From positions 1-31,889 of the forward strand of contig JAUNBV010000003.1 of assembly GCA_030526885.1 (NCBI GenBank): a DNA stretch of 31,889 nucleotides, given 5' to 3'. This document shows positions 1-11,992 of this stretch, in pieces. The position numbers and the translations under genes were made by a program. The stretch's first letter is position 1. Each line of letters opens with the position of its first letter. Source of the DNA: Syntrophomonadaceae bacterium. Lineage in GTDB: Bacteria; Bacillota; Syntrophomonadia; Syntrophomonadales; Syntrophomonadaceae. A model generated the notes under the pieces. It was given only the letters and a program-made list of their open reading frames with translations, searched no databases and had not been told where the DNA came from.

Positions 1-286
1 TACCTCCCTAACTCAAAATATGTTCGGTTGATAGAAACAAATGGCATTCTATTCGCCACAAGAACAGGAATGCCGGGAAACTATGCCCTATGCTGGCCTG
101 CGTCCTCCTTTCCGCCGACAATCTGCGTCGACCGTGTTTTTTTGTATCAAAAATCAGACCTTCTGATACATAGCCGTTTTCTCTGCTGATGCCGGTGAAT
201 TAGCAGATATAACCATTAATGATTGTATCACGGGACGGGTCAGAAAGTCTACCCTAACAGCCGCACCGGGCAAGGGGGTACATGAC

Positions 287-740
287 ATGGCCAAGAAAGC
301 GCGGGAGGGAAAATTGCAGGACAGGAAACCGCTTACACGAAAATCTATAACGCCGTCACTGACAACCGGCAAGCCATGGCGGCGGCGGTTGCCGCCGGAG
401 CCGCCGCCACGCCGGGGGTGGAGCGCACCAAGGAACTCATCGCGGCTGAAATCAGGGGAATCAGGACCGAGACCGAGCGCATGGTACTGATGAATGCCGT
501 CGAGGTAGGCCAGCGCCTCTACGAAGCCAAGGCTATAGTGGGACACGGCCAGTGAAGGAAATGGCTGCGGGTTGAGGTCGATTATGGGAAGTCAACCGTC
601 GCCAACCTGATGCGGCTGTACCGCGGGTACGGCCTGCCGCAGAAGGAGTTATCCGCAGTTGGACGCTAAAAAGAAGCGCAAACACTTGCGCTTCTTAGAT
701 ATACCCAGGCCCTGGCGCTGCTAACCGCTGCCGGCGTCCC
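287..740 (+). pseudogene. DUF3102-family protein, pseudogene (two in-frame stops, probable 5' frameshift)
   Basis: Frame +1 from 421 reads ERTKELIAAEIRGIRTETERMVLMNAVEVGQRLYEAKAIVGHGQ*RKWLRVEVDYGKSTVANLMRLYRGYG...GR*KEAQTLALLRYTQALALL, the typical DUF3102 pattern. TGA 553-555 sits at the conserved Trp (HGxW) and TAA is at 667-669. The RBS (AAGGGGGT)-linked ATG 287 is in another frame. End point is approximate. Confidence 0.8.
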
Positions 741-826
741 GATTAGCGCAGCGGGACATCATGGCCGCCATCTGTTGGCGGATTATGCCGTGCCCATTGG
801 CCGAAGAATGCCGCCCTTTATAACGC

Positions 827-2425
827 TCAGGTTTTGCGCAGTATATAGCTTATGCTGTCAACGAGCGCCTGATAGCTGGCTTCGATAATGTTTTCGGATA
901 CGCCTACCGTGCTCCACTTCTCCTTCGAATCGGTGGATTCCACCAGTACGCGCACCTTGGCCGCGGTGCCTGCGTCGCCGTTTAACACGCGCACCTTAAA
1001 GTCGCACAGGTGCATGGACTCGATCTCCGGGTAAACCTCCGCCAGCGCTTTGCGCAGGGTTTGGTCCATGGCGTCCACCGGGCCGTTGCCCTCGGCGGCG
1101 GTGTGGAATACCTTGTCCCCCACCGCAATCTTTATCATGGCTTCGGAGCTTATAACCCCGTTTTCCCTTTTCTCCAATATCACTTTCAGGTTCTCCAGCC
1201 GGAAGGGGTCCTGCTGCTGTCCGAAGGCTTTGCGCAGCAAAAGCTCCAATGAGGCTTCAGCCCCTTCAAACTGGAACCCCTGGTTTTCCAAATCCTTGAT
1301 GTCGCGGATGATGCGGCGGCTCTCGGCATCGTAGCTGTTCACGTCCAGCCCCAGCTCCTGCGCTTTATACAGCAGATTGGACAGGCCGGACAGCTCGGAG
1401 ACCAGCACCCGCCGGTGGTTGCCCACTTCTTCGGGGTCGATATGTTCATAGGTCAGCGAATCCTTGAGCAGGGCGCTCACATGGATGCCGCCCTTGTGCG
1501 CAAAGGCGCCATGCCCTACGAAGGGTTGATTGTTGGGGCTGGGCATGTTGGCGGTTTCTGCGATAAAGCGCGCCACCTCGGTGAGCCGCTTCAGATTGCC
1601 GGCCGGCAGGCAGGGGCGTTTAAGCTTTAGCTCCAAACTGGGTATAATGGCGCACAGGTCGGCATTGCCGCAGCGCTCGCCGTAACTGTTGATGGTGCCC
1701 TGCACCTGTGTACAGCCGGCGGTTACCGCCATCAGGCTATTGGCGACGGCACAGCCGGAATCATTGTGGACGTGAATGCCCAGCGGGGCCGAATACGCGC
1801 TCTGCGCGCTCTTTACGATGTCGTGGATTTCCCAGGGCATAGTGCCGCCGTTGGTGTCGCACAAAACCACCGCGTCCGCCCCGGCCTGCTCGGCGGCCTG
1901 TATCACTTTGATGGCATATTCGGGGTTGTTTTTGTAACCGTCAAAGAAATGCTCCGCGTCGAAAAAGACTTGGCGCCCCTCGCTTTTGAGATAGTGGATG
2001 CTGTCCCTGATCATATTCAAGTTTTCTTCCAGCGTCGTCTCCAACGCGCGCAGCACATGGAAGTCCCAGCTTTTGCCCACCATAGTCACTACCCGGGCGC
2101 CGGAATCCAGCAGGGCGCGAATGTTGCTGTCCTGCTGCACTGCGCCGCCGGGCTTGCGGGTGGCGCTAAAGGCGGCTATACGGGCGTTTTGAAGCGGGAC
2201 CTCTTTAATGGCGCGGAAAAACTCCAGGTCCTTGGGATTGCTGCCCGGCCAGCCGCCTTCGATATAATCGACTCCCAGATAGTCCAGTTTCTGCGCGATC
2301 TTTAGCTTGTCCCCCAGCGAAAAGGAAATCCCTTCGCCCTGTGAGCCATCGCGCAAGGTGGTGTCATAAATGCTTATCCGTTTCCCGTAATCCCCAAGTG
2401 AATTCCCCCGTTCGTTTGTATTCAC
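827..2425 (-). CDS. cimA: citramalate synthase (bacterial CimA type)
   Basis: [16 protein letters not shown]...[13 protein letters not shown], the [11 protein letters not shown] and [12 protein letters not shown] motifs, and a C-terminal regulatory domain. GTG start with AGGAG 7 nt upstream, overlapping the leuB TGA by 4 nt. Confidence 0.9.
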   Translation of the reverse strand: MNTNERGNSLGDYGKRISIYDTTLRDGSQGEGISFSLGDKLKIAQKLDYLGVDYIEGGWPGSNPKDLEFFRAIKEVPLQNARIAAFSATRKPGGAVQQDSNIRALLDSGARVVTMVGKSWDFHVLRALETTLEENLNMIRDSIHYLKSEGRQVFFDAEHFFDGYKNNPEYAIKVIQAAEQAGADAVVLCDTNGGTMPWEIHDIVKSAQSAYSAPLGIHVHNDSGCAVANSLMAVTAGCTQVQGTINSYGERCGNADLCAIIPSLELKLKRPCLPAGNLKRLTEVARFIAETANMPSPNNQPFVGHGAFAHKGGIHVSALLKDSLTYEHIDPEEVGNHRRVLVSELSGLSNLLYKAQELGLDVNSYDAESRRIIRDIKDLENQGFQFEGAEASLELLLRKAFGQQQDPFRLENLKVILEKRENGVISSEAMIKIAVGDKVFHTAAEGNGPVDAMDQTLRKALAEVYPEIESMHLCDFKVRVLNGDAGTAAKVRVLVESTDSKEKWSTVGVSENIIEASYQALVDSISYILRKT

Positions 2426-3516
2426 GTGCTCGCTCCTGTCTCTGGCGCTAAAATGCGCGCCACTACCAAATCGCCCATCTCCGCCGTTCCGACGGTTTTC
2501 ATCCCCGGCTCCGCCAGGTCAGGGGTGCGGTATCCTTGCTTCATCACTTCATGCACCGCGTTTTCAATCGCCTGCGCCTCCGTTTCCATATCAAAAGAAT
2601 AGCGCAGCAGCATGGCCGCGGAAAGAATGGTGGCCAAGGGATTGGCTTTATTCTGCCCGGCGATGTCGGGCGCGCTGCCGTGGGAGGGCTCGTACAGCCC
2701 CACTTCACCGCCGATGGAGGCGGAGGGCAGCATACCGATGGAACCGGTCAGCATCGACGCCTCATCGGTCAATATATCGCCAAACATGTTCTCGGTAACG
2801 ATGACGTCAAACTGCCGGGGATCGCGTATTAACTGCATGGCGCAGTTGTCCACATACATATGGCTGGTCTCTACTTCCGGGTATTGGGCCGCCAGGAGGG
2901 TGACCGTTTCCCGCCACAGGCGCGAGCTCTCCAGCACATTGGCTTTATCCACCGAGCATAATTTATGCCGCCGTTTAAGGGCCACGCCATAGGCAAAACG
3001 AACGATACGCTCGATTTCGGCCACCGAATAGGTCAGCACATCGGTGGCGGTAACGTCGCCCCCGGCATTGACGCCGCGGCTCTTTTCCCCAAAATATATG
3101 CCCCCGGTGAGTTCACGGATGACCATTACGTCAACCCCGCTTATCACTTCTTCCTTAATGGTGGAGGCGTGGCTTAAACCCGGAAACAGGATACAGGGGC
3201 GCAGGTTGGCATACAGCGCCAGCTCCCGGCGTAGGGGCAGCAGAGCGCCGATTTCGGGGCGCAGATTAACCGGCAGCTCGTCATACTGCGGGCCGCCGAT
3301 AGCGCCCAGCAGCACCGCGTCGGAGCGGCAGCACATAGCCAGCGTTTCCGCCGGCAACGGATGCCCGGTGGCGTCGTAGGCCGCGCCTCCCACCAGGGCT
3401 TCCTCGAATTCAAATCCATGGCCAAACCTTTGTCCCACCGCTTTTAGGGCCTTCACCGCCTGCGGCGTGATCTCCCGGCCGATACCGTCCCCCGGCAATA
3501 CTGCGATTCTAAACAT
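2422..3516 (-). CDS. leuB: 3-isopropylmalate dehydrogenase
   Basis: [46 protein letters not shown] and [12 protein letters not shown]. Start placed at ATG 3516 behind AAGGAG. Confidence 0.97.
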   Translation of the reverse strand: MFRIAVLPGDGIGREITPQAVKALKAVGQRFGHGFEFEEALVGGAAYDATGHPLPAETLAMCCRSDAVLLGAIGGPQYDELPVNLRPEIGALLPLRRELALYANLRPCILFPGLSHASTIKEEVISGVDVMVIRELTGGIYFGEKSRGVNAGGDVTATDVLTYSVAEIERIVRFAYGVALKRRHKLCSVDKANVLESSRLWRETVTLLAAQYPEVETSHMYVDNCAMQLIRDPRQFDVIVTENMFGDILTDEASMLTGSIGMLPSASIGGEVGLYEPSHGSAPDIAGQNKANPLATILSAAMLLRYSFDMETEAQAIENAVHEVMKQGYRTPDLAEPGMKTVGTAEMGDLVVARILAPETGAST

Positions 3517-3579
3517 GATGCACTCCTTCTGTGTTTTATGTTTCAATTCCCCCAAGGCGCAAGTCAAGGGCGATAAGCC

Positions 3580-4071
3580 CTATTCAAGCTTGCTCTGCAC
3601 ATACGGGATGAGGCCGCCTTTGTCCATGATATCGCGCATAAAGGGCGGAAAGGCGGTGGCCCGGTATTCCTTGCCGCTGCTCACATTCCTGATGCGGCCG
3701 CTCTCCAACTCGGCCTCCAGGCGGTCGCCCTCCATTATTTCCTCCGCCGCCTGCGCACATTCCAATATGGGAAGCCCGATATTTATGGCGTTACGATAAA
3801 AAATACGGGCAAAGGAGTGCGCCACCACACACGATACCCCGGCGGCTTTGATGGCAATGGGAGCGTGCTCCCGGGAACTGCCGCAGCCGAAATTCTTGCC
3901 GGCCACGATGATGTCCCCGGCCTGCACCTTCTCCGGAAAGGATGGGTCTGCGTCCTCCATGCAATGGCGCGCCAGCTCGGCGGGGTCGGCACTGTTCAGG
4001 TAGCGGGCGGGGATAATGGCGTCGGTATCCACATCATGCCCAAATTTATATACCTTGCCGGTCAAAGTCAT
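3580..4071 (-). CDS. leuD: 3-isopropylmalate dehydratase small subunit
   Basis: [27 protein letters not shown] and [16 protein letters not shown]. Confidence 0.95.
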   Translation of the reverse strand: MTLTGKVYKFGHDVDTDAIIPARYLNSADPAELARHCMEDADPSFPEKVQAGDIIVAGKNFGCGSSREHAPIAIKAAGVSCVVAHSFARIFYRNAINIGLPILECAQAAEEIMEGDRLEAELESGRIRNVSSGKEYRATAFPPFMRDIMDKGGLIPYVQSKLE

Positions 4072-4086
4072 AAATTTTCCTCCTCA

Positions 4087-5346
4087 TTATATCTCCCACG
4101 GAGCGGTGATTCGCCCCGTAATGGCGCTGGCGGCGGCTACCGCCGGGCTGGAAAGATAGACTTCGCTTTCCGGCGAACCCATGCGCCCCACAAAATTGCG
4201 ATTGGTGGTGGCCAGGGCTTTTTCGCCCTTGGCTAAAATCCCCATATGGCCGCCCAGACAGGGCCCGCAGGTGGGGGTGCTGACGATAGCGCCGGCTTCC
4301 ACAAATATCTCGATTAAGCCCCGGCGCAGAGCGTCCAGGTAAATCCTGCTGGTACCGGGGATGATGATTACCCGGAGCTCGGGATGCACCTTTCGTCCTT
4401 GCATCAAACCGGCCGCGATGGTGAGGTCCTCCAGCCGCCCGTTGGTGCAGGAACCGATTACCACCTGATCCAGCAGCACCTCGCCCGCCTCCGATACCCG
4501 GCGGGTATTTTCCGGCAGATGGGGAAAAGCCACCAGTGGCTCCATCTTACTCACATCATACTCCAAGGTACGGGCATACTCCGCGTCCGCATCGGACGCA
4601 TACAAGGTATAATCGCGTTTGACCCGGCCCTGCACATATTGCCGCGTGATGTCGTCGGGCGCGATAATGCCGTTTTTGCCCCCGGCTTCGATGGCCATGT
4701 TGGCCATGGTGAAGCGGTTGTCCATGGACAGTTTTTCAATCGCCTCGCCGCAGAATTCCATCGACATGTAGCGGGCGCCGTCCACGCCGATATCGCCGAT
4801 AGCCTGCAGGATGAGGTCCTTGCCGCTCACCCAGGGCGCCATCTCGCCGTAATAGATGAATTTCAGGCTTTCCGGCACCTTGAACCAGGCTTCGCCGGTA
4901 GCCATTCCCACCGCCATATCGGTGGAGCCCACGCCGGTGGCAAAGGCCCCCAACGCGCCGTAGGTACAGGTATGGGAATCGGCGCCGATAAACAGATCGC
5001 CCGGGGCCACCAGTCCCTGTTCCGGCAGCAAGCAATGCTCGATACCCATCCGGCCGATCTCAAAGTAGTTTTTTATCCCGTATTCCCGGGCAAAATCCCG
5101 CATTATCTTGCTCTGCTCGGCCGATTTGATGTCCTTATTGGGCGTAAAATGGTCGGGCACCAGCATCACCTTTTCCGGGTCGTACACTCGGTCGGCGCGC
5201 AGACGCCTGAATTCGCTGATGGCTACCGGCGCGGTGATGTCATTGCCCAGTACTCCGTCCAGACGGCAATTGAGCAATTCACCCGCCTGCACTTCCTCCC
5301 GGCCGGCATGTGCGGCCAGTATCTTTTGACTGATGGTCATTCCCAC
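4087..5346 (-). CDS. leuC: 3-isopropylmalate dehydratase large subunit (short HacA/LeuC-type)
   Basis: [11 protein letters not shown]-terminus, [11 protein letters not shown], and the 4Fe-4S ligands in GSCTNGR and TPTCGPC. GTG 5346 lies 9 nt after GGAGG. Confidence 0.95.
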   Translation of the reverse strand: MGMTISQKILAAHAGREEVQAGELLNCRLDGVLGNDITAPVAISEFRRLRADRVYDPEKVMLVPDHFTPNKDIKSAEQSKIMRDFAREYGIKNYFEIGRMGIEHCLLPEQGLVAPGDLFIGADSHTCTYGALGAFATGVGSTDMAVGMATGEAWFKVPESLKFIYYGEMAPWVSGKDLILQAIGDIGVDGARYMSMEFCGEAIEKLSMDNRFTMANMAIEAGGKNGIIAPDDITRQYVQGRVKRDYTLYASDADAEYARTLEYDVSKMEPLVAFPHLPENTRRVSEAGEVLLDQVVIGSCTNGRLEDLTIAAGLMQGRKVHPELRVIIIPGTSRIYLDALRRGLIEIFVEAGAIVSTPTCGPCLGGHMGILAKGEKALATTNRNFVGRMGSPESEVYLSSPAVAAASAITGRITAPWEI

Positions 5347-5368
5347 TTCTGGCTTCCTCCTCGTCAGT

Positions 5369-6898
5369 CTATTCCTTGGCCCGCTGTTTCTCATAGTAAT
5401 ACTTATTGATGGCATTGAGATAAGAGCGCACGCTGGCTTCTATGATATTGGTGCTCAGGCCGCGCCCGTTATAGATACGGCCGCCGATACTCACCTGCGA
5501 CAACACTTCGCCCAGCGCGTCCTTGCCGCTGCCTACCGCGTTAAGCTTATACTGTACCAGCTTGCCGTAGATATCGGTGATGCGATCCACCGCATGACAG
5601 GCGGCTTCCACCGGTCCGGCGCCGGTAGAGGCGTTTTGAAACTGCATGCCGTCGATGGTCAGCACTACGGTGGCGGTGGAAATTACGCTGGTGCCGCTGC
5701 TGGTGTGCAGATATTGCAAAGAATAGCGCTCCGGCACCGCCCAGACCTGATCCTTAATGAGAGCTTCGATATCCCCGTCGTTGACTTCCTTCTTGCGGTC
5801 AGCCAACTCCTTAAAGCTGGCAAACGCTTTACTTAGATCTTCATCATTCAATTTAAAACCCAATTCGAGCAAACGCTCGTTGAACGCATGGCGACCGGAA
5901 TGCTTGCCTAAAACCAAGTTTTTCTGGCTCAGGCCGATGAGTTCCGCGTTCATAATCTCATAGGTGCTGCGCTCCTTGAGCACTCCGTCCTGATGGATGC
6001 CGGACTCGTGCAAAAAAGCGTTGGCCCCCACGATGGCTTTATTGGGCTGCACCGGCATACCGGTCAGGGTGCTGACCAGGCGACTGCTGCGCGCTATTTC
6101 ATGATAGCGAATGTTGGTGTTGAGCCCGTAATATCCTTGCCGCGTGTACAGCGCCATGGCGATTTCCTCCAGCGAGGCATTGCCGGCCCGTTCGCCGATG
6201 CCGTTCACCGCGCACTCCAACTGCCGCGCTCCGCCGCCTACCGCGGCCAGCGAATTGGCTACCGCCATCCCCAAATCGTTGTGGCAGTGCGTGCTGATGA
6301 TGGCTTTATCCATATTAGGCACGCGGCGCATGACCTCGGCGATGAATTGCCCGAATTCCTCCGGCAGCCCATAGCCCACGGTATCGGGCAGGTTCACCAC
6401 CGTAGCGCCCGCGTCGATGACCGCCGTGGTCACCTGAGCCAGAAACCCTACCTCGGTGCGCGAGGCGTCCTCGGCCGAGAATTCTACTTGCTCACAATAC
6501 CTTTTCGCATACTTCACCATCGCCGCCGCTTGCTGCAGCATCTGCTCGCGGCTCATTTTAAGCTTGTATTTCAGATGAATGTCGGAACTGGCCAGAAACA
6601 CATGAATACGCGGCGTTTCCGCACCCTTTATCGCTTCCCAGGTGCGGTCGATATCCGCCGGGATGCTGCGGGTAAGCGCGGCGATTACCGGGCCCCGCAC
6701 CTTTTGTGCGATAGCCTGTACCGCCTTAAAATCCCCCGGAGACGCTACCGGAAAGCCGGCCTCTATTATATCTACTCCCAAAAGCTCCAACTGTTGAGCT
6801 ATCTCCAGCTTTTCCTCCACATTGAGGCTCACACCGGGAGACTGCTCTCCATCGCGCAGAGTAGTATCAAACAGGTAGACCCTGTTGCGGTCAAACAT
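5369..6898 (-). CDS. leuA: 2-isopropylmalate synthase
   Basis: [56 protein letters not shown] and a C-terminal regulatory domain. Confidence 0.96.
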   Translation of the reverse strand: MFDRNRVYLFDTTLRDGEQSPGVSLNVEEKLEIAQQLELLGVDIIEAGFPVASPGDFKAVQAIAQKVRGPVIAALTRSIPADIDRTWEAIKGAETPRIHVFLASSDIHLKYKLKMSREQMLQQAAAMVKYAKRYCEQVEFSAEDASRTEVGFLAQVTTAVIDAGATVVNLPDTVGYGLPEEFGQFIAEVMRRVPNMDKAIISTHCHNDLGMAVANSLAAVGGGARQLECAVNGIGERAGNASLEEIAMALYTRQGYYGLNTNIRYHEIARSSRLVSTLTGMPVQPNKAIVGANAFLHESGIHQDGVLKERSTYEIMNAELIGLSQKNLVLGKHSGRHAFNERLLELGFKLNDEDLSKAFASFKELADRKKEVNDGDIEALIKDQVWAVPERYSLQYLHTSSGTSVISTATVVLTIDGMQFQNASTGAGPVEAACHAVDRITDIYGKLVQYKLNAVGSGKDALGEVLSQVSIGGRIYNGRGLSTNIIEASVRSYLNAINKYYYEKQRAKE

Positions 6899-6933
6899 GA
6901 GCGGTTCCCTCCGTTCCTATATTATCGACAAAC

Positions 6934-7950
6934 TTACTTGCTGTCCTTGAGCCAGGACATCATGGAACGTAGTTCAGCCCCTACTTCCTCAATCATGTGC
7001 TCGCGGCCCAGACGGCGCAAAGCGTTGAACTGGGGACGGCCCACTTGATTTTCCAGCAGCCAGTTCTTGGCGAATTCGCCTTCCTGAATCGCATTCAGCG
7101 CCTCCCACATGGCCTCGCGGGATTCCTCGCCGATAATCTTGGGCCCGGTAATATAATCTCCCCAGTCCGCAGTATCGGAGATGGAATAACGCATCATGCT
7201 CATGCCGCCCTCATACATCAGGTCCACAATAAGCTTCATCTCATGCATACACTCAAAATAGGCGATTTCCGGCTGATATCCGGCCTCCACCAAGGTCTCG
7301 AAGCCGACCTTGATGAGCTCGGTGACCCCGCCGCACAGTACGCATTGTTCCCCGAAGAGGTCGGTCTCGGTCTCCTCCTGAAAGGTGGTCTCAATCACTC
7401 CGGCGCGAGTGGCGCCTATCCCCTTGGCATAGGCCAGAGCCATTTCCATGGTATTGCCGCTGTAATCCTGCTCGATAGCCACCAGCGCCGGAACCCCTGC
7501 GCCCTTTTCATATTCACGGCGCACCAGATGGCCGGGGCCCTTGGGCGCGATCATAAATACGTTCACATCGGGTGGCGGCACCACCTGGCCGAAATGGATA
7601 TTGAAGCCATGAGAAAAGCCCAGCGTATTGCCGGCCTTAAGATGAGGCTTGATTTCTTCCCGGTAAACCTTGGCTTGCGTCTCGTCAGGCAATAAAATTT
7701 GAATGATATCTCCGGCAGCAGCCGCTTCGGCCACGGTCATCGGTTCAATGCCGGCCGCGATAACGCGATCCCATTCCTGCTGCGTGGCTTCATCGAACGG
7801 CTTTCTTAAGCCTACGATTACCTTGACACCGCTCTCATGCAGGTTCTGTGCCTGCGCATGTCCCTGGGAGCCGAAGCCCATCACGGCAACGGTCTTACCC
7901 TTCAGGATATCCAGGTTAGCATCCTCGTCGTAATACATTTTTGCTGCCAT
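6934..7950 (-). CDS. ilvC: ketol-acid reductoisomerase (class I length) with a 12-residue beta2-alphaB loop
   Basis: [33 protein letters not shown] and [19 protein letters not shown] 7950 is spaced correctly from AGGAGG; ATG 7959 abuts the RBS. Confidence 0.97.
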   Translation of the reverse strand: MAAKMYYDEDANLDILKGKTVAVMGFGSQGHAQAQNLHESGVKVIVGLRKPFDEATQQEWDRVIAAGIEPMTVAEAAAAGDIIQILLPDETQAKVYREEIKPHLKAGNTLGFSHGFNIHFGQVVPPPDVNVFMIAPKGPGHLVRREYEKGAGVPALVAIEQDYSGNTMEMALAYAKGIGATRAGVIETTFQEETETDLFGEQCVLCGGVTELIKVGFETLVEAGYQPEIAYFECMHEMKLIVDLMYEGGMSMMRYSISDTADWGDYITGPKIIGEESREAMWEALNAIQEGEFAKNWLLENQVGRPQFNALRRLGREHMIEEVGAELRSMMSWLKDSK

Positions 7951-8105
7951 TGTGTTCATCCTCCTTTTATTTAGGGGGCAGGAGCCAGGAATCAGGGGTT
8001 CATACCCCCAGGGTAGGGGGAGTGTTTACCCTAAACCCTTTCGCCTGACGCCAACGCCCTTACTAACTGAAATTATTCTTTGCTAACTTTGCCTATCACT
8101 TATCC

Positions 8106-8588
8106 CTACTTGCCGCCGCGCTGTATGGCTACCCGGCCGGTGCGCACCATTTCCAGAATGCCAAAGGGGGCCAGCGCCTCCTGAATGGCGTCTATCTTTC
8201 GGGCATTGCCGGTTACCTCTACGATGAGAGTGTTTTTGCTGATATCCACCACCCGGGCGCGGAAAACGTTTACCATCTGTGCGATATCGGCACGGTCTCC
8301 GGGCTCGGCTTTGATTTTGATAAGCGCCAACTCCCGCTGCACCGATTCGGCAGCGTCCACCTCCACCACCTTTATGACCTCTACCAGTTTGTATAACTGC
8401 TTGGTCAACTGTTCCACCACATTGCGGTCCCCATCGACGACAATGGTCATGCGTGATACGCTGGAATCATGCGTGGTTCCAACCGACAGGCTGTCGATGT
8501 TGTAACCGCGACGGCGAAACAAAGATGCTATCCGGGTCAATACGCCGGGACGGTTGTCCACCGTCACCGCCAGAGTATATTTGTTCAT
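8106..8588 (-). CDS. ilvN: acetolactate synthase small (regulatory, ACT) subunit
   Basis: VDNRPGVLTRIASLFRRRGYNIDSLSVG and EMVRTGRVAIQRG. Overlaps the ilvB stop by 4 nt. Confidence 0.96.
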   Translation of the reverse strand: MNKYTLAVTVDNRPGVLTRIASLFRRRGYNIDSLSVGTTHDSSVSRMTIVVDGDRNVVEQLTKQLYKLVEVIKVVEVDAAESVQRELALIKIKAEPGDRADIAQMVNVFRARVVDISKNTLIVEVTGNARKIDAIQEALAPFGILEMVRTGRVAIQRGGK

Positions 8589-10276
8589 ATATCATCACCC
8601 CCGAACATATTAGCGATGGAATCTCCCGGCGCCACCATGGGATACACATTAGCCTCGCGTTCGGTAACGAAATCGATAAACACGGGCCGGTCGGTTACCG
8701 CCAGAGCCGCTTTGAGCGCCGGCTCTACCTCGCTGCTGTCCGTGACCCGCATTCCTACCGCGCCATAGGCTTCCGCCAGTTTGACAAAATCGGGCTGGCT
8801 GCTAATATCGGTATACGAATAACGCCCACCGTAAAACAGGGATTGCCATTGGCGAACCATGCCCAGGAACTTGTTGTTCAGAATGCACACTATCACCGGT
8901 AGTTTTTGCTCCACCGCCGTTCCCAACTCCTGAATGTTCATTTGAATGCTGCCGTCCCCGGCGATGTCGATTACCGGCAGATCGGGGCGGGCTACCTTAG
9001 CGCCAATGGCGGCCGGGAAGCCGTAGCCCATCGTGCCCATGCCGCTGGAGCTCAAAAACGTACGGGGATGCTTAGATTTATAATATTGCGCCGCCCACAT
9101 CTGATGCTGACCCACCTCGGTGGTAATGATAGCATTGCCGTCGGTCAGCTCGGAGATGCACTCGATGATATGCTGCGGCATAATCCTGCCCTCGCCCGAC
9201 GCGCCGTAACGCAAGGGGTATTCATCCTTCCAACGCTCAATGGTTTCATGCCACTCGGTCAGTTCCTGCTTTTCCTCCACCCGCTCCAGCAAAGCTGCAA
9301 CCACTTCCTTGACATTGCCCACGATAGGCACATTTACCGCCACATTTTTGCCGATTTCGGCCGCGTCGATATCTACGTGAATGATTTTGGCCCGCGGCGC
9401 AAAACCGGCGATGCGGCCGGTGACGCGATCATCGAACCGCACTCCCAGCGCGATGAGCACATCACACTCGCCGATGGCATAATTGGCGTAACGCGTTCCG
9501 TGCATACCCGGCATGCCCAGGGATAAGTGATGGTGCTCCGGAAACGCGCCCTTGCCCATCAGCGTAGCGGTAACCGGTATCTGGCGGCGGTGGGACAACT
9601 GACGCACCTCGTCGGATGCATCGGCGGAAATAACCCCGCCTCCCACATATAATAAAGGACGCTCGGCTTCATTTATCATTTTGGCCGCCGTTACCACCTG
9701 TCCGCTGTTAAAACCCTTCATCACCCGATACCCACGCAGGTCCATTTCCCAACAAGGCCCTTCAAATTCAAACAATTGATCGCTCACATCTTTGGGTATA
9801 TCCACCACCACCGGACCCGGCCGGTTGGTCTTGGCGATATGAAAGGCTTCATGTATCACCCGGGGGATGTCCTCGGCCCTCTCCAGCAGATAGCTGTGCT
9901 TGGTAATCGGCAGGGTGACGCCGGTGATATCGATTTCCTGAAATGCATCGCGGCCCAGCATGGAGGTAGTCACTTGCGCGGTAATGGCAACCATCGGTAC
10001 CGAATCCATATTGGCGGTAGCAATGCCGGTCACCAGATTTGCGGCTCCCGGCCCGGAAGTCGCCAGGCATACCCCCACCTTGCCGCTGGCGCGGGCATAG
10101 GCATCGGCGGCGTGGGCGGCCCCCTGTTCATGGCGGGTCAGGATATGCCGGATTTTAGAGCTGAACAGAGCGTCATAGATGGGCAGGGCCACCCCACCCG
10201 GATAGCCGAATATGGTATCGACCCCTTCCGCCTCCAGGCACATCAACAATGCCTCCGCTCCCTTGATTATACTCAT
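8585..10276 (-). CDS. ilvB: acetolactate synthase large subunit (biosynthetic)
   Basis: IFGYPGG, RHEQGAAHAADAYAR, TSGPGAANL, TPP motif GDGSIQMN and GMVRQWQ. ATG 10276 lies behind GGAGGTG. Confidence 0.97.
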   Translation of the reverse strand: MSIIKGAEALLMCLEAEGVDTIFGYPGGVALPIYDALFSSKIRHILTRHEQGAAHAADAYARASGKVGVCLATSGPGAANLVTGIATANMDSVPMVAITAQVTTSMLGRDAFQEIDITGVTLPITKHSYLLERAEDIPRVIHEAFHIAKTNRPGPVVVDIPKDVSDQLFEFEGPCWEMDLRGYRVMKGFNSGQVVTAAKMINEAERPLLYVGGGVISADASDEVRQLSHRRQIPVTATLMGKGAFPEHHHLSLGMPGMHGTRYANYAIGECDVLIALGVRFDDRVTGRIAGFAPRAKIIHVDIDAAEIGKNVAVNVPIVGNVKEVVAALLERVEEKQELTEWHETIERWKDEYPLRYGASGEGRIMPQHIIECISELTDGNAIITTEVGQHQMWAAQYYKSKHPRTFLSSSGMGTMGYGFPAAIGAKVARPDLPVIDIAGDGSIQMNIQELGTAVEQKLPVIVCILNNKFLGMVRQWQSLFYGGRYSYTDISSQPDFVKLAEAYGAVGMRVTDSSEVEPALKAALAVTDRPVFIDFVTEREANVYPMVAPGDSIANMFGGDDI

Positions 10277-10327
10277 CGTATCCACCTCCGTGTTTATTTC
10301 GCCCCGTGTCATCGGCCGCGCGCACGC

Positions 10328-11992
10328 TTATTTGGCAAAAACCGCGCCGGTGCTGGCCGACTGTACCTTTTCCGCGTAGCGTTTCATATACCCGTGATTT
10401 ATATTGGGCGGCGGCAGCTTCCAATTCTTTTGGCGCTCCGCCAATACATCCTCGTCTACCTTCAGCTCCAGTTTCTTATCCTCAATGTCGATGGCGATGG
10501 TATCGCCCTCCTGTACCAGCGCGATACAACCGCCAGCCGCCGCTTCCGGCGACACATGTCCAATCGACGCGCCTCTGGTGGCGCCCGAAAACCGGCCGTC
10601 GGTGATGAGAGCCACATCTTTGTCCAGCCCCATGCCGGCGATGGCCGAGGTGGGGGTCAGCATTTCCCTCATGCCCGGACCGCCGCGGGGGCCCTCGTAG
10701 CGAATGACGATAACGTCGCCGGGCTTGATCTCCCCGCCCAGGATGGCCTTTACCGATTCCTCCTCGGAATCAAACACTCTGGCCGGGCCCTGATGGCGCA
10801 TCATCTCCGGCGCTACCGCGCCCTTTTTGACCACCGCGCCCTCCGGGGCGAGATTGCCAAACAGCACCGCCAAGCCGCCGGTAGGGCTAAAAGGCTCCTC
10901 CACTGGGCGGATGACCGCCGTATCCTTTACCCGTACCCCGGCAATGTTTTCCCCTACCGTTTGGCCGGTCACGGTCAGGCAATGCTTATCAATCAGGCCC
11001 AGCTTATCCACCTCCGCCAGCAACGCCTGAATGCCGCCGGCTCTCCAGAAATCCTCCATGTGCGCCGGTCCGGCAGGACTCAGCTTGCACAGATGGGGCG
11101 TAATGGCGTTCATCTCATTAAACATATCCAGTTGTAAGTCCACGTTGGCCTCATGCGCCACCGCCAACAGATGCAGCACGGTATTGGTAGAGCAGCCGAT
11201 GGCCATATCCAGACACACCGCATTGCGAAAAGCAGCCGGGGTCATGATATCCAGCGGCTTTATATCTCGCTCGAACAGTTCCATTATCTTAATCCCGGTT
11301 TGCTTGGCCAACCGGATACGGTCGGAAAATACCGCCGGGATGCTGCCGTTGCCAGGCAGGCCCATGCCCAGCGCCTCGGTGACGCAGTTCATGGAATTGG
11401 CGGTAAACATACCGGAGCAGGAGCCACAGGAAGGGCAGGCGCTGTCCTCCAGCTCGGCCAGTTCCGCCGCGCTCATACGCCCGGCGGCAACGGCTCCCAC
11501 CGCCTCAAATACTTGGGTAAGGCTGGCGCCGCTGCCATTGGGAGCGCGCCCTGCCAGCATGGGGCCGCCGCTCACGAAAATTGCCGGCAGGTTTAACCGC
11601 GCCGCCGCCATCAGCATCCCCGGCACGATCTTGTCGCAGTTAGGGATGAACACCAATGCGTCAAAAGCATGCGCCGTAGCCATTATTTCAATGGAATCGG
11701 CGATGATTTCACGGCTGCCCAGCGAATACTTCATGCCGATATGATTCATGGATATGCCGTCGCACACCCCAATGGTCTGAAACTCAAAAGGAGTGCCGCC
11801 GGCTAGCCTCACCCCGGCCTTTACCGCTTCCGCAATCTTATCCAGATTGATATGCCCCGGAATGATTTCATTTTTAGAGTTGACAATACCGATGAGCGGA
11901 CGCGCCAACTCCTCATCGGTCAGGCCCAGTGCTCTGAATAGCGCGCGGTGAGGCGCTTTCTCCACTCCCAGCTTTACTAAATCACTACGCAT
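10328..11992 (-). CDS. ilvD: dihydroxy-acid dehydratase
   Basis: [36 protein letters not shown] and TDGRFSG. RBS AGGAGG. Confidence 0.97.
   Translation of the reverse strand: MRSDLVKLGVEKAPHRALFRALGLTDEELARPLIGIVNSKNEIIPGHINLDKIAEAVKAGVRLAGGTPFEFQTIGVCDGISMNHIGMKYSLGSREIIADSIEIMATAHAFDALVFIPNCDKIVPGMLMAAARLNLPAIFVSGGPMLAGRAPNGSGASLTQVFEAVGAVAAGRMSAAELAELEDSACPSCGSCSGMFTANSMNCVTEALGMGLPGNGSIPAVFSDRIRLAKQTGIKIMELFERDIKPLDIMTPAAFRNAVCLDMAIGCSTNTVLHLLAVAHEANVDLQLDMFNEMNAITPHLCKLSPAGPAHMEDFWRAGGIQALLAEVDKLGLIDKHCLTVTGQTVGENIAGVRVKDTAVIRPVEEPFSPTGGLAVLFGNLAPEGAVVKKGAVAPEMMRHQGPARVFDSEEESVKAILGGEIKPGDVIVIRYEGPRGGPGMREMLTPTSAIAGMGLDKDVALITDGRFSGATRGASIGHVSPEAAAGGCIALVQEGDTIAIDIEDKKLELKVDEDVLAERQKNWKLPPPNINHGYMKRYAEKVQSASTGAVFAK

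Noticed and set aside
376-410. GC-rich GGCGGC/GCCGCC palindromic run
   Set aside because: It is explained by Ala-rich codons in the DUF3102 relic; there is no repeat array.
553-555. TGA at a conserved Trp position suggesting recoding (code 4/25)
   Set aside because: cimA, leuB and the decarboxylase terminate at TGA, and the same frame also contains a TAA.
4384-11744. Long plus-strand ORFs (4384-5409, 5993-7048, 9776-11137, 11031-11744 and others)
   Set aside because: They are antisense shadows of GC-rich, codon-biased ilv/leu genes, with no recognisable motifs or RBS.
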